DNA of 63,866 nt, counting the filler. It is 5 parts of 5 records of this genome, joined end to end, with 100 filler letters (N's around TTAATTAATTAA, not from the genome) between each part and the next. Parts side by side here need not be neighbours in the genome. Positions count along the whole stretch, not along the records: positions 38,872 to 44,501 come from SRR31156797_1331; positions 44,602 to 58,709 come from SRR31156797_1338; 3 more parts are not named here. One strand, written 5' to 3'. Of this stretch, positions 41,290 to 51,042 are shown one piece after another (the stretch's first letter is position 1; the number at the start of each line of letters is the position of its first letter). The position numbers and the translations under genes are program-made. The notes under the pieces were generated by a model. That model did not search any database. It saw nothing but the letters and a program-made list of their open reading frames with translations, and had not been told where the DNA came from.

Positions 41290-42609
41290 ATGTCAGAAAG
41301 TCAAAATATAGAATTCAAAGAAAGTTGGCGAGATGAATACCTGAAATGGATTTGCGGCTTTGCAAATGCTCATGGTGGTAAGATATACATCGGCAAAAAC
41401 GATAAGGGAGAAATTTTAGGGGTCGATAGAGCCAAAAGGTTGATGGATGATTTGCCGAATAAAATTCAAACACACTTAGGAATTGTTTGTGATGTGAACT
41501 TATTCCATGAAGAAAGCAAGGCATATATTGAAATTGATATTAAACCTTACGATGTGCCGATTTCATATCAAGGTAAATATCATTACAGAAGTGGTAGCAC
41601 AAAACAAGAATTGAAAGGAAATTCTTTAAACGAGTTTCTTCTAAAAAAAGCGGGGAAAACTTGGGATGATGTAATTGAGCCCAAAGCAAAACTTGAGGAT
41701 ATTGACTCTGTGGCAATTGAAGCATTTAAAAAGGGAGCAAAAATTAGCAAGCGAATGCCGTTTATTGCAGATGAAGAAGATTTAGAACTGATTCTTGACA
41801 ACTTGTTGCTTATTGAAGATGGTAAGTTGAAACGTGCGGCAATATTGCTTTTTGGTAAAAATCCATGTCGCTTTTTTATTAATGCATTTGTTAAAATTGG
41901 GCGATTTGGGGCAACGGATGACGATTTGCGTTATCAGGAAGTAGTAGAAGGAAATGCTTTCCAATTAGCTGATAAGGTACTTGATGTTTTAGATAAAAAG
42001 TTTCTTATTTCTCCAATATCATACGATGGACTGCAACGTATAGAAAATTGGGAATATCCTTATGCAGCAATCAGGGAAGTTATTTTAAATGCTATTGCTC
42101 ACCGCAATTACATGGGTGCCCCAATTCAAATAAGTGTTTACGATGATAAAATAATTGTTTGGAATGAGGGTAGCTTACCAGAAAACATGACCATTGAAGA
42201 TTTGAAAAAGAAACATTCATCTCGCCCTCACAATCAAAAGGTTGCAAGTGCTTTTTTCAAAGGAGGTTTGATTGAAGCTTGGGGGCGTGGCACAATTAAA
42301 ATTATAAATGAATGTAAAGCAGCTGGATTGCCAGAGCCGTTAATTGAGAATGCTTCAGGAGGAATTAGCGTGACCTTATTTAAGAATGTAATCACAGAAG
42401 AATATCTTATTGACAAAGGGCTAAATGAAAGGCAAGTTAAAGCTGTCCTTTTTGTTAAGGAGAAAGGGAAAATTACAAATAGCATTTATCGAGAGCTGTT
42501 TGAGATAACTGAAAAAACGGCTTTTAGGGATTTAGAAAAATTAATTAAACTTGATATTTTGAAAAAAGAAGGTGAAAAGAAGGGTACGTATTACAAATTA
42601 AATGTCTGA
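41290..42609 (+). CDS. Schlafen/AlbA_2 domain + HATPase_c_4-like + winged HTH protein
   Basis: ESQNIEFKES, ICGFANAHGGKIYIG; YPYAAIREVILNAIAHRNY, IEAWGRG; C-terminal ITNSIYR...TAFRDL...KKGTYY. Confidence 0.88.
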   Translation: MSESQNIEFKESWRDEYLKWICGFANAHGGKIYIGKNDKGEILGVDRAKRLMDDLPNKIQTHLGIVCDVNLFHEESKAYIEIDIKPYDVPISYQGKYHYRSGSTKQELKGNSLNEFLLKKAGKTWDDVIEPKAKLEDIDSVAIEAFKKGAKISKRMPFIADEEDLELILDNLLLIEDGKLKRAAILLFGKNPCRFFINAFVKIGRFGATDDDLRYQEVVEGNAFQLADKVLDVLDKKFLISPISYDGLQRIENWEYPYAAIREVILNAIAHRNYMGAPIQISVYDDKIIVWNEGSLPENMTIEDLKKKHSSRPHNQKVASAFFKGGLIEAWGRGTIKIINECKAAGLPEPLIENASGGISVTLFKNVITEEYLIDKGLNERQVKAVLFVKEKGKITNSIYRELFEITEKTAFRDLEKLIKLDILKKEGEKKGTYYKLNV

Positions 42610-42653
42610 AAAATGTCCGATAAACTAGGGTAATGTCCGATAAAAGTCCGATA
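42601..42653 (+). repeat. Four 11-bp direct repeats AA(T/A)GTC(C/T)GA(T/A)A
   Basis: Copies at 42601, 42612, 42632 and 42643. Confidence 0.75.
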
Positions 42654-42785
42654 CCAGCCATATTGCCAAGCAAATTCAGATTTAGTCTTTCTAAAGTTTA
42701 GCAAAGCAAAAGCCAAGAAGACATATTAACTGGAAAAGCTTGTTTTTTCAAACTGTATTGAAACCCTAGATAATAAAGCAAGAAA

Positions 42786-42916
42786 ACCTAACAATAAATA
42801 TACGTAATGCAGGGTGATGTAGTAAATTTGAACTTAATAGAATTTAATAAACAACGTATCGGTTTGATAGCGAAGTGCCTTGCAATCCCGCACTACGCAT
42901 ATTCAAGACGTTAAGC
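42786..42916 (+). mobile_element. attC-like recombination site (131 bp)
   Basis: ACCTAAC (RYYYAAC) ... GTTAAGC (GTTRRRY); arms AATATACGTAATGC / GCACTACGCATATT pair with two A-C mismatches, which are G:T on the bottom strand. Confidence 0.7.
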
Positions 42917-42934
42917 ACTACTAACGAGATAACA

Positions 42935-43687
42935 ATGGCATATTTTGAATTTGATAATAAGAAAATATACTACAAGATAAAAGGGAAAGGTGAACCTGTT
43001 TTATTGTTGCATGGGAATACTGTTTCTTCACGAATGTTTAGTACTTTGATTAATAAATATTCGAAATATTTTCAAGTAATAACAATTGATTTTCCTGGAC
43101 ATGGGAAGTCTATCAGATTAGAAAAATTTGAAACGGATTTTTGGTTTTATAATTCTACAATCACAAATGCATTAATTGAAGAACTGAAACTTGATAAGGT
43201 TACTGTTATTGGGACAAGTGGAGGAGCATTAGTAGCTATTAACTTAGGATTAGAAAACCCAGAGAAAATCAAATACATCATTGCGGATAGTTTTGAAGGT
43301 GAATTTCCTTTGCCTTCATATATCGAATCCATTGAATCTGATAGAAAGAAAGACAAAAAGAAATTGTTAGCAAAACTGATTTGGTGGTATTGCCACGGTT
43401 TCGACTGGAAAAAGAATGTGGATTTAGACACTGAAGTGAATATAAATTTTTCAAAAACAGGAAAGTCATTTTTTCATAAGCCTATTTCAAGATTAAATGT
43501 GCCTACACTAATAACGGGTAGCTTGAAAGATGAATATTGTGACCACCTTGATAAAATATATGCGGATTTAAAGAAGAAAAATGATAAGTTGGAAATTCAC
43601 CTGTTTGATGAGGGGAACCATCCAGCAATGATTTCAAATAAAAATGACTTTCTTGAAATTATTAAGAATAAAATACTAAGTGACTGA
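42935..43687 (+). CDS. Alpha/beta hydrolase (putative gene cassette)
   Basis: VLLLHG, IDFPGHG, GTSGG nucleophile elbow, D and GNH triad; ATG 18 nt after the attC-like site. Confidence 0.88.
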   Translation: MAYFEFDNKKIYYKIKGKGEPVLLLHGNTVSSRMFSTLINKYSKYFQVITIDFPGHGKSIRLEKFETDFWFYNSTITNALIEELKLDKVTVIGTSGGALVAINLGLENPEKIKYIIADSFEGEFPLPSYIESIESDRKKDKKKLLAKLIWWYCHGFDWKKNVDLDTEVNINFSKTGKSFFHKPISRLNVPTLITGSLKDEYCDHLDKIYADLKKKNDKLEIHLFDEGNHPAMISNKNDFLEIIKNKILSD

Positions 43688-43704
43688 TTTATATAAAGAA
43701 AAAC

Positions 43705-43843
43705 GCCATACATTACATGGTATAGTGCATGCGGGTTTCAGTGGTTTTTGAGCGTTTGTGGTTCGTAAAAAAAGTCGGTGTAAACTGATAGGAAATCGCT
43801 TTGTAATCCCGCAAGACACCATACACTCAACGTTGGTGGTAAT
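43705..43843 (+). mobile_element. Second attC-like site (degenerate left core)
   Basis: GTATAGTGCATGCGGG / CCCGCAAGACACCATAC arms ending CAACGTTGGTGG; shares TGATAG.GAA...TTG.AATCCCGCA with the first site. Confidence 0.6.
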
Positions 43844-43893
43844 TTGGAAGAAATTCAAATGTTTTAACAGAACTAAATATAAAATATCAAATA

Positions 43894-44454
43894 ATGGACA
43901 GACTATTAAAAATAAGACCAATCTTTTTATTTCCCATTTTTATAGTTTATATGATTTTGGTTGGCTTTATTGTAAGCTATATTGACAAAACTATAGACCT
44001 AAAAGAAACATGGTTTTTTGTGATTTTCGTTTTTGGATTCCTAATTTATTATTTTTTTTGGATTTACATACTCGGATACGGATTTAACAAACTTGACTCA
44101 AATAATGTTAAACTGATTAACCTTGAAAGATTTAGACTTGTAATTATACTGACTGTTATAGTATATTTAATCGGAATGATTGTGCAATTAGACCTTCTAT
44201 TTAAATTGAAAACCGAATTAACTGATATTATCAGCATTATTATGGGACTGACAATATTTGCTTCCTTGATTTATATTGTCAAGTCGCTGACAAAGAATTT
44301 CCGATTTCATGACCAAAAAACAGAGGCTCGATTATTTGATTACATAGTGAATTTATTCCTTTTGTCATTTTTTCCTTTCGGCTTGATAATAATGCATTCT
44401 CACTTACAAATGATTTTAAAGGATAAAAACGTTTTTGAAGGAAAAGAAAGATAA
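43894..44454 (+). CDS. Hypothetical multi-pass membrane protein (putative gene cassette)
   Basis: About five hydrophobic segments; lies between attC-like ends. Confidence 0.7.
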   Translation: MDRLLKIRPIFLFPIFIVYMILVGFIVSYIDKTIDLKETWFFVIFVFGFLIYYFFWIYILGYGFNKLDSNNVKLINLERFRLVIILTVIVYLIGMIVQLDLLFKLKTELTDIISIIMGLTIFASLIYIVKSLTKNFRFHDQKTEARLFDYIVNLFLLSFFPFGLIIMHSHLQMILKDKNVFEGKER

Positions 44455-44501
44455 TAAACTTCCACCCACCGCGGCGTTAGAGCATACGGAGCCGCATAGT
44501 T

Positions 44502-44601
44502 NNNNNNNNNNNNNNNNNNNNNNNNNNNNNNNNNNNNNNNNNNNNTTAATTAATTAANNNNNNNNNNNNNNNNNNNNNNNNNNNNNNNNNNNNNNNNNNN
44601 N
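44502..44601. other. Artificial contig spacer
   Basis: N run + TTAATTAATTAA + N run. Confidence 0.98.
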
Positions 44602-44869
44602 TTTTTTTTGGCTTTTTTATCAAAGAAGTACGATATTACTTATTAATTAAACCAACCTATCATATTAATGGTCATAAATAGAGATACCGGCATATTTTAT
44701 CATTATTTATCAAACATATTTTCAAATATTAATACCTTTGAATAAACAATACCAATTTTCAAAAACATGAAACATGCCTGTAAGTTTTAATTCGCATTAT
44801 TAATCTTAAGCCAAATAATAAATTTACTTGCACGTTCCATCTGACAAACAAAAAATAAATTTTAAACGA

Positions 44870-47038
44870 ATGAACAACAAGTTACTTCTCTTTTTTATGA
44901 CACTTATATCCCTCTATAGTTGTCATAATAATCAACAACAATCTATGATTCCAAATGATTTACCAGAACCACCGGATGCTGAAAAAAAAGATTCAGTAAT
45001 TGCATTTCATGAACACTCCAGAGTTGATCCTTACTTTTGGATGCGCTTAACTGATGAACAAAAAGAGGCCAGCGTTCCTGACGATCAGACACAGAAGGTG
45101 CTGGACTACTTAAATGCTGAAAACAGCTATACTGATTCTGTAATGAAAAATACTGTAGATCTGCAGGAAAAACTTTTTGATGAAATCATAGGTAGAATCA
45201 AGAAAGATGACGAATCAGTTCCATATTTTTCTAATGGTTATTGGTACTATGTTCGGTACGAAGAAGGAAAAGAATATCCTATTATTTGCCGTAAGAAAGA
45301 AACATTAGAAAATGAAGAAAATATTTTGCTTAATGTAAATGAAATGGCAGAAGGTCATGCTTATTACGCAGCTTCAGGGTATAGAATTAGTCTGGATAAT
45401 AAATGGATGGCCTTCGCTGAAGACACTTTAAGTCGAAGAATTTATAGTATTCGTTTTAAAAATCTGGAAACCGGTGAAATTCTGAAAGATGAAATTCCGA
45501 ACTGTAATCCGGGAGGCGCATGGGCTAATGACAACCAGACATTTTTCTATACCTCAAAAAACAAAGTTTCTTTATTGAGTGAAAAGATTTGGCGCCATAA
45601 ATTGAAGACTCCAATTGAAAAAGATGTATTGGTTTATCACGAAAAAGACCCGTCATTTTATATTGGAGTAGGAAAATCAAAATCGGATGAGTTCATTATC
45701 ATCTCAGAAAGTAGTACGCTAGTGAGCGATTATCATATTCTGGATGCCAATAATCCAACAGGAAAATTCAAACAGTTTACTCCAAGAGGCACAGAGCACG
45801 AGTATTCTATTTATCATTACGAAGATAAATTCTATATCTTAACCAATAATGAAGCTCAAAACTTCCGTTTGATGGAAACACCAGAAGACGCAACCGAAAT
45901 GAGCAATTGGAAGGAAGTGATTCCACACAGGGATGATGTTTTATTAACAGATATTGAAATATTTAAAAACTACCTGGTGATCAATGAGCGTAAGAATGCC
46001 TTAAATCACATCTGTATCATCAATCAATCTACAAATGAAAAGCACTATCTCGATTTTGGAGAAGAAGTATATGTTGCAGAAACAACTACCAATCCTGAAT
46101 TTGATACAGAATTATTGCGCTTTGGTTATAGTTCATTAACTACCCCCTATTCAACTATTGATTATAATATGAATACACGGGAGAAGGAAATTAAGAAGGT
46201 AACAGAAGTAGTTGGAGGTCATAATCCCGAAGAATATAAAGCCGAAAGACAATGGGCTATTGCCAGGGATGGTACCAAGGTTCCTATTTCTATCGTTTAT
46301 AAAAAAGGTACTAAGCTCAATGGTTCTGCACCATTATTACTTTACGCTTATGGTTCTTACGGACATACTATTGACCCAGGTTTTTCATCTACCCGTCTTA
46401 GTTTGCTCGATCGTGGTTTTATTTACGCCATTGCTCATATCAGAGGTGGACAATCTATGGGTCGTCAGTGGTATGATGATGGTAAAATGCTCCATAAAAT
46501 AAATACGTTCACCGACTATATTGATTGCAGCAAGTTTTTAATAGAAAATAAATACACAAATGCCAATCATTTGTATGCCATGGGTGGCAGTGCTGGAGGC
46601 CTGCTTATGGGTGCCATTGTAAATATGGAACCTGAACTGTACAATGGTGTCATTGCTGCCGTGCCTTTTGTTGATGTGATTTCAACAATGCTGGATGAAA
46701 CCATTCCTTTAACTACAAATGAATTTGATGAGTGGGGTAATCCTAAAATCAAAGAATATTACGACTATATGTTGCAATACTCTCCTTACGATAATGTTAA
46801 AAAACAAGTATATCCAAATATGCTAATCACAACGGGTTTATTCGATTCACAAGTTCAATATTGGGAACCGGCCAAATGGATTGCCAAATTAAGAGATTAC
46901 AAAACCGATGATAACATTTTAATGATGCATACCAATATGGAAGCCGGACACGGTGGAGCATCCGGTCGCTTTAAACGTTATAAGGAAACCGCACTCATGT
47001 ATAGCTTTATGTTTATGCTAGAAGGAGTTCAAGAATAA
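44870..47038 (+). CDS. ptrB: Oligopeptidase B (S9A), lipoprotein
   Basis: DPYFWMR, AHIRGG, GGSAGG, DSQVQYWEPAKW, AGHGGASGR; lipobox LYSC. Confidence 0.92.
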   Translation: MNNKLLLFFMTLISLYSCHNNQQQSMIPNDLPEPPDAEKKDSVIAFHEHSRVDPYFWMRLTDEQKEASVPDDQTQKVLDYLNAENSYTDSVMKNTVDLQEKLFDEIIGRIKKDDESVPYFSNGYWYYVRYEEGKEYPIICRKKETLENEENILLNVNEMAEGHAYYAASGYRISLDNKWMAFAEDTLSRRIYSIRFKNLETGEILKDEIPNCNPGGAWANDNQTFFYTSKNKVSLLSEKIWRHKLKTPIEKDVLVYHEKDPSFYIGVGKSKSDEFIIISESSTLVSDYHILDANNPTGKFKQFTPRGTEHEYSIYHYEDKFYILTNNEAQNFRLMETPEDATEMSNWKEVIPHRDDVLLTDIEIFKNYLVINERKNALNHICIINQSTNEKHYLDFGEEVYVAETTTNPEFDTELLRFGYSSLTTPYSTIDYNMNTREKEIKKVTEVVGGHNPEEYKAERQWAIARDGTKVPISIVYKKGTKLNGSAPLLLYAYGSYGHTIDPGFSSTRLSLLDRGFIYAIAHIRGGQSMGRQWYDDGKMLHKINTFTDYIDCSKFLIENKYTNANHLYAMGGSAGGLLMGAIVNMEPELYNGVIAAVPFVDVISTMLDETIPLTTNEFDEWGNPKIKEYYDYMLQYSPYDNVKKQVYPNMLITTGLFDSQVQYWEPAKWIAKLRDYKTDDNILMMHTNMEAGHGGASGRFKRYKETALMYSFMFMLEGVQE

Positions 47039-47255
47039 AGCTCCTCATTTATATATTTAAACCCGCTATCTAAAAGGGATCACACACCTTGTTAGACTGC
47101 GGGTTTCTTTTTTATTTCAACCTATTTATACCAAATCACGACCAATTTTAATCGGTAATATTTATCCAATTATCTACAAACATACCTGTCTGGTATATTC
47201 AAATTTTCCTTTCCCTTATTAAGCATTAATCTTACATCATGTAAAATATCTTTTC

Positions 47256-50003
47256 ATGATGAGAAACTGGAAAAATGTTACAATAGCTTTGTGGATAGCA
47301 TGTGTATCAATGCTATGTTTCCATAGTTGCCAAAAGGATTCTATTGATATCTCAGTATCAAACGATCAAACAGAAACAGTAAGTACCAACGATGTTGTTG
47401 AAGGCATCGTCAGACTAAAACTGGGAGAAGAGCAGGAAAGTCAACTTTCCATTTCGCTTAAATCAAGAAAACTGACCTCTAATATTGCTGAATTGGATTC
47501 CATATTAAATACCATCGGAGCTACTGCATTTAAAAGGACCTTTCCCTATTCCGGTAAATATGAAGCCCGTTCGCAAGAAAAAGGATTACACCTTTGGTAC
47601 GATATAAAATATGATACTACAGTTGTTTCTATTCAGAGTGTAATTGAGCAATTTGAATCACTGAAGGGAATTCAAATAACCGAGCCTATAAAGGTAATTC
47701 GAAATGAACTGTATGATTTGGTAAAATTTGATCCACAGCAAAGAAAAACACAATTAAAAAGTGCGCTTAGTACAGATTATCCTTTTAATGATCCCGGATT
47801 ATCATATCAATGGCATTACGACAATGACGGTTCTGTAACTGATTCCAAAACTGGTGCTGATATTAATTTATTTAACGCATGGAATATTCAAACGGGTAAT
47901 CAGGACGTGATTGTAGCTATTATTGACGGAGGCATAAGCATAAACCATGAAGATCTGCAAGATAATATTTGGATAAAAACAGCCGAGAGTAGTGGCAGCT
48001 CCAATTCTGACGATGATAACAACGGCTATATCGATGATGTTTATGGATATAACTTTGTATCAAACACAGGTTCTATTTCTGAAGAAGATCACGGAACTCA
48101 TGTAGCCGGAACTATTGCTGCTGTTAATGATAATGACACAGGTGTTTGTGGGATCGCCGGTGGAGATTCTTCTAATCCGGGAGTACGCCTAATGTCGTGC
48201 CAAGTATTTGAGACTGATATGATGGGCAATGAGAAAAGCGCCGAAAACTTTGCAGAAGCGATTAAGTACGCCGCCGACAATGGTGCTGTGATTTGTCAAA
48301 ACAGCTGGGGTTACGAAGATGCCAGCTCTCTGCCTCAATCTATGAAAGAAGCGATTGACTACTTTATAGAATATGCCGGTATTGATGAATACGGTATTCA
48401 AACCGGACCAATGAAAGGAGGTATAGTCATTTTTGCTTCGGGTAACGAAAGCGTTTCAACAAATGCATACCCTGCCATGTACAGTCCTGTTGTTTCAGTT
48501 GCTGCTATGGGTGCTGATTACACTGCTGCTTCTTATACCAATTATGGAAGTTGGGTTAACATAACAGGGCCAGGAGGTGATGATACAGATGATGTAGCCT
48601 ATGATAACTGGGTTGTCAGTACCATCACCAATAACGAATATGCCTATATGATTGGAACTTCTATGGCTTGCCCTCATGTTTCAGGAGTGGCTGCTTTAAT
48701 CGTTTCGGAATATGGAGATATGGGATTTACGCCCGACATGCTTAAAGAAAAACTATATCAGGGCGCCATATCTCTGGATAGCTACAATACTAACTACAGT
48801 GGAATGTTAGGTGTTGGTTTAATCAATGCAGCGGCAAGCTTAAAAAATGCGGCCACCAATATTGCCCCCGAAGCAGTTACAGATTTGCTTATTGAAGGAA
48901 GCTCAAACCAAATAAATCTAAGCTGGACTATTCCGGAAGATAAGGACGATACCAAGCCTTCTGGATATACAGTTTATTACAGTACCAACTCCTTTTCTAT
49001 TGAAGATGTTGATGCTGGCAATAGTGGCATTTCTTCTATACAAATTGCTGGAGGCATTGAAAATGTTGGAGAAACAAGCTCTTATATTTTGGACGATTTA
49101 CAATATTCTTCTACTTATTATTTAAGAATAGCAGCATATGATGTGATAGGCTCCTACTCCACTATTTCTGAAGAATTACAGGCTAATACAGAGGAAAACC
49201 AAGTTCCGCTTATTGAAGTTGAAAACAATCAATTTAAATTAAAAGCTCATGAAACTATCGATGTTTCTGTTACAATTTCAGATCCTGACAACGATGCTTT
49301 AACGTGGTCCTTTACCGATGAACCGGAAAATTGTTCAGCTACTGAGACGGATGGTATTTTAACCATTACTATAAATGCTCTTTATGCTGATGCTGGAGAT
49401 TATCAAGCAGTGTTGCTTGTTGAAGATGAATATGGTGCATCATCGGAATGGACATTGTATTATTCTGTGCTGGAAAACCATGTTCCTTTTGTAAGTACAG
49501 AGATCGATCACATCTATATTGGTGATCCTGAAAAAAATTATCAGCTGAATTTAGAGGACTACTTTGAGGATGAAGACGGTGAAGTATTGCAGTATGAATT
49601 GACCATTGACGGCACCAGCGTTGATGCAGGTATTTCTGACCAAATTTTAACTATATCACCACAATCCAATGGTTTATCTAACATTAGCATTACAGCATAT
49701 GATGCACGTAGAACATCAACTTCCGCCTCTTTTAATGTAATGGTACGTGATGATGAACAGGCGCTTGACATCTACCCTAATCCGGTTTCCGATATGGTTT
49801 ATTTTAGAATGGGTGATAATGTAGATGGATTATTGTCGGTGCAGATTGTCAATAACCTCGGTGTTGTAAAAGTGAATACAGAAACTGATATCTCAACCTT
49901 TTCTCCCGCAGCTCTCAATTTAAGCCATTTATCAAGTGGAGAGTACCTGGTGAAATTAAAATACAAGGATCAATCATTCGAAAGAAACATTATTAAGTTA
50001 TGA
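47256..50003 (+). CDS. S8 subtilisin-like protease with FN3/Ig-like domains and T9SS C-terminal domain
   Basis: AIIDGG, HGTHVAG, GTSMACPHVSG triad; lipobox FHSC; C-terminal IYPNPV...LSSGEYLVKL...IIKL. Confidence 0.9.
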   Translation: MMRNWKNVTIALWIACVSMLCFHSCQKDSIDISVSNDQTETVSTNDVVEGIVRLKLGEEQESQLSISLKSRKLTSNIAELDSILNTIGATAFKRTFPYSGKYEARSQEKGLHLWYDIKYDTTVVSIQSVIEQFESLKGIQITEPIKVIRNELYDLVKFDPQQRKTQLKSALSTDYPFNDPGLSYQWHYDNDGSVTDSKTGADINLFNAWNIQTGNQDVIVAIIDGGISINHEDLQDNIWIKTAESSGSSNSDDDNNGYIDDVYGYNFVSNTGSISEEDHGTHVAGTIAAVNDNDTGVCGIAGGDSSNPGVRLMSCQVFETDMMGNEKSAENFAEAIKYAADNGAVICQNSWGYEDASSLPQSMKEAIDYFIEYAGIDEYGIQTGPMKGGIVIFASGNESVSTNAYPAMYSPVVSVAAMGADYTAASYTNYGSWVNITGPGGDDTDDVAYDNWVVSTITNNEYAYMIGTSMACPHVSGVAALIVSEYGDMGFTPDMLKEKLYQGAISLDSYNTNYSGMLGVGLINAAASLKNAATNIAPEAVTDLLIEGSSNQINLSWTIPEDKDDTKPSGYTVYYSTNSFSIEDVDAGNSGISSIQIAGGIENVGETSSYILDDLQYSSTYYLRIAAYDVIGSYSTISEELQANTEENQVPLIEVENNQFKLKAHETIDVSVTISDPDNDALTWSFTDEPENCSATETDGILTITINALYADAGDYQAVLLVEDEYGASSEWTLYYSVLENHVPFVSTEIDHIYIGDPEKNYQLNLEDYFEDEDGEVLQYELTIDGTSVDAGISDQILTISPQSNGLSNISITAYDARRTSTSASFNVMVRDDEQALDIYPNPVSDMVYFRMGDNVDGLLSVQIVNNLGVVKVNTETDISTFSPAALNLSHLSSGEYLVKLKYKDQSFERNIIKL

Positions 50004-50920
50004 TAAAAAAAATATTGCTGGCAGTTGTGGCCATTAGTCTAGGTACTTCACTGTTTTCACAGGCAGGTTCGTTTGTAAACATTCCTACCGATGCCAAAAC
50101 CATAGGAATGGGAAGCACTTACATTGCTCTGGAAAATACCAGCTCGATTTTCGGAAACCTGGCATCCAATGCCCTATCCGATCAGCGATTAGGAGTAAGT
50201 GTGAATTACCGCCCTTGGCTGAATAATATTTCCAGCGATTACAGCCTGAGTAGCATGACTGCTTATGTGGGCTTACATCCAAAAAGCAGCTTTGCCTTTG
50301 GGTTTAAAAAGTACAGCATGCCTGGATATAGTATTACTGATAACGATGGAAATACAAGCGGAAACTACAATCCATCCGAAAGTAGCTGGAGTATAGGATA
50401 TGCCTATAAAGTCAACCAGCATTCGGCAGTTTCTTTATCCTTGCAGTTTTTGCAATCCGACTTGGGATCCGGTAATACGGCCAACACTATTTTATTAGAC
50501 ATTGGCTATAAAAGCAAATACAAAGATTTATCTTATGGTATCGTGGCCAAAAACATCGGTCCCGAAATAAAATTTCCGCAAACATCCACAGCATTGCCTT
50601 TAACAATTGGCGCTGGTTTATCATATCCTCTGTATAATGCTCAACAGCACCAGTTATTGGCAGCTATGGATGTTTCTTATTTGGCTATTAACGATTATAA
50701 TGGTACCAATGCCGGTGTTGGATTGGAATATCTTTATAAAAACACACTGGCATTACGAAGTGGTTATAATTTGATAAACGAAGAGCTTGGTATTAGCTCT
50801 TTTTCGTTGGGAGCCGGTGTAAAAATAAAAGGAGTAAACCTGGATGTAAGCTGGCTATTGGGTGATCATGCCCTGAAAAATAATTTCAGCTTTAGCTGTG
50901 CCTTTGGATTGTATAAGTAA
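50000..50920 (+). CDS. PorV/PorQ-like outer-membrane beta-barrel
   Basis: PTDAKTIGMG, YRPWL, NIGP, GLEY...LALRSGY; 4-nt overlap with the S8 gene. Confidence 0.75.
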   Translation: MIKKILLAVVAISLGTSLFSQAGSFVNIPTDAKTIGMGSTYIALENTSSIFGNLASNALSDQRLGVSVNYRPWLNNISSDYSLSSMTAYVGLHPKSSFAFGFKKYSMPGYSITDNDGNTSGNYNPSESSWSIGYAYKVNQHSAVSLSLQFLQSDLGSGNTANTILLDIGYKSKYKDLSYGIVAKNIGPEIKFPQTSTALPLTIGAGLSYPLYNAQQHQLLAAMDVSYLAINDYNGTNAGVGLEYLYKNTLALRSGYNLINEELGISSFSLGAGVKIKGVNLDVSWLLGDHALKNNFSFSCAFGLYK

Positions 50921-51042
50921 GGATCATTTCAGAAAAAACTAAAATGCATTTTCTAAGCAAACTGTCCATCACTCTTCCCTTTTGCCCTGAAGCAAAGGGG
51001 AAGTAACCCACTAAAAGTGCAGAAATGGGGGTTATAAAAGTA

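Noticed and set aside
42875-42934. N-terminal extension of the alpha/beta hydrolase, and the ORFs at 43676-43921 and 43758-43985
   Set aside because: They read through the attC-like palindromes; the hydrolase fold starts at ATG 42935.
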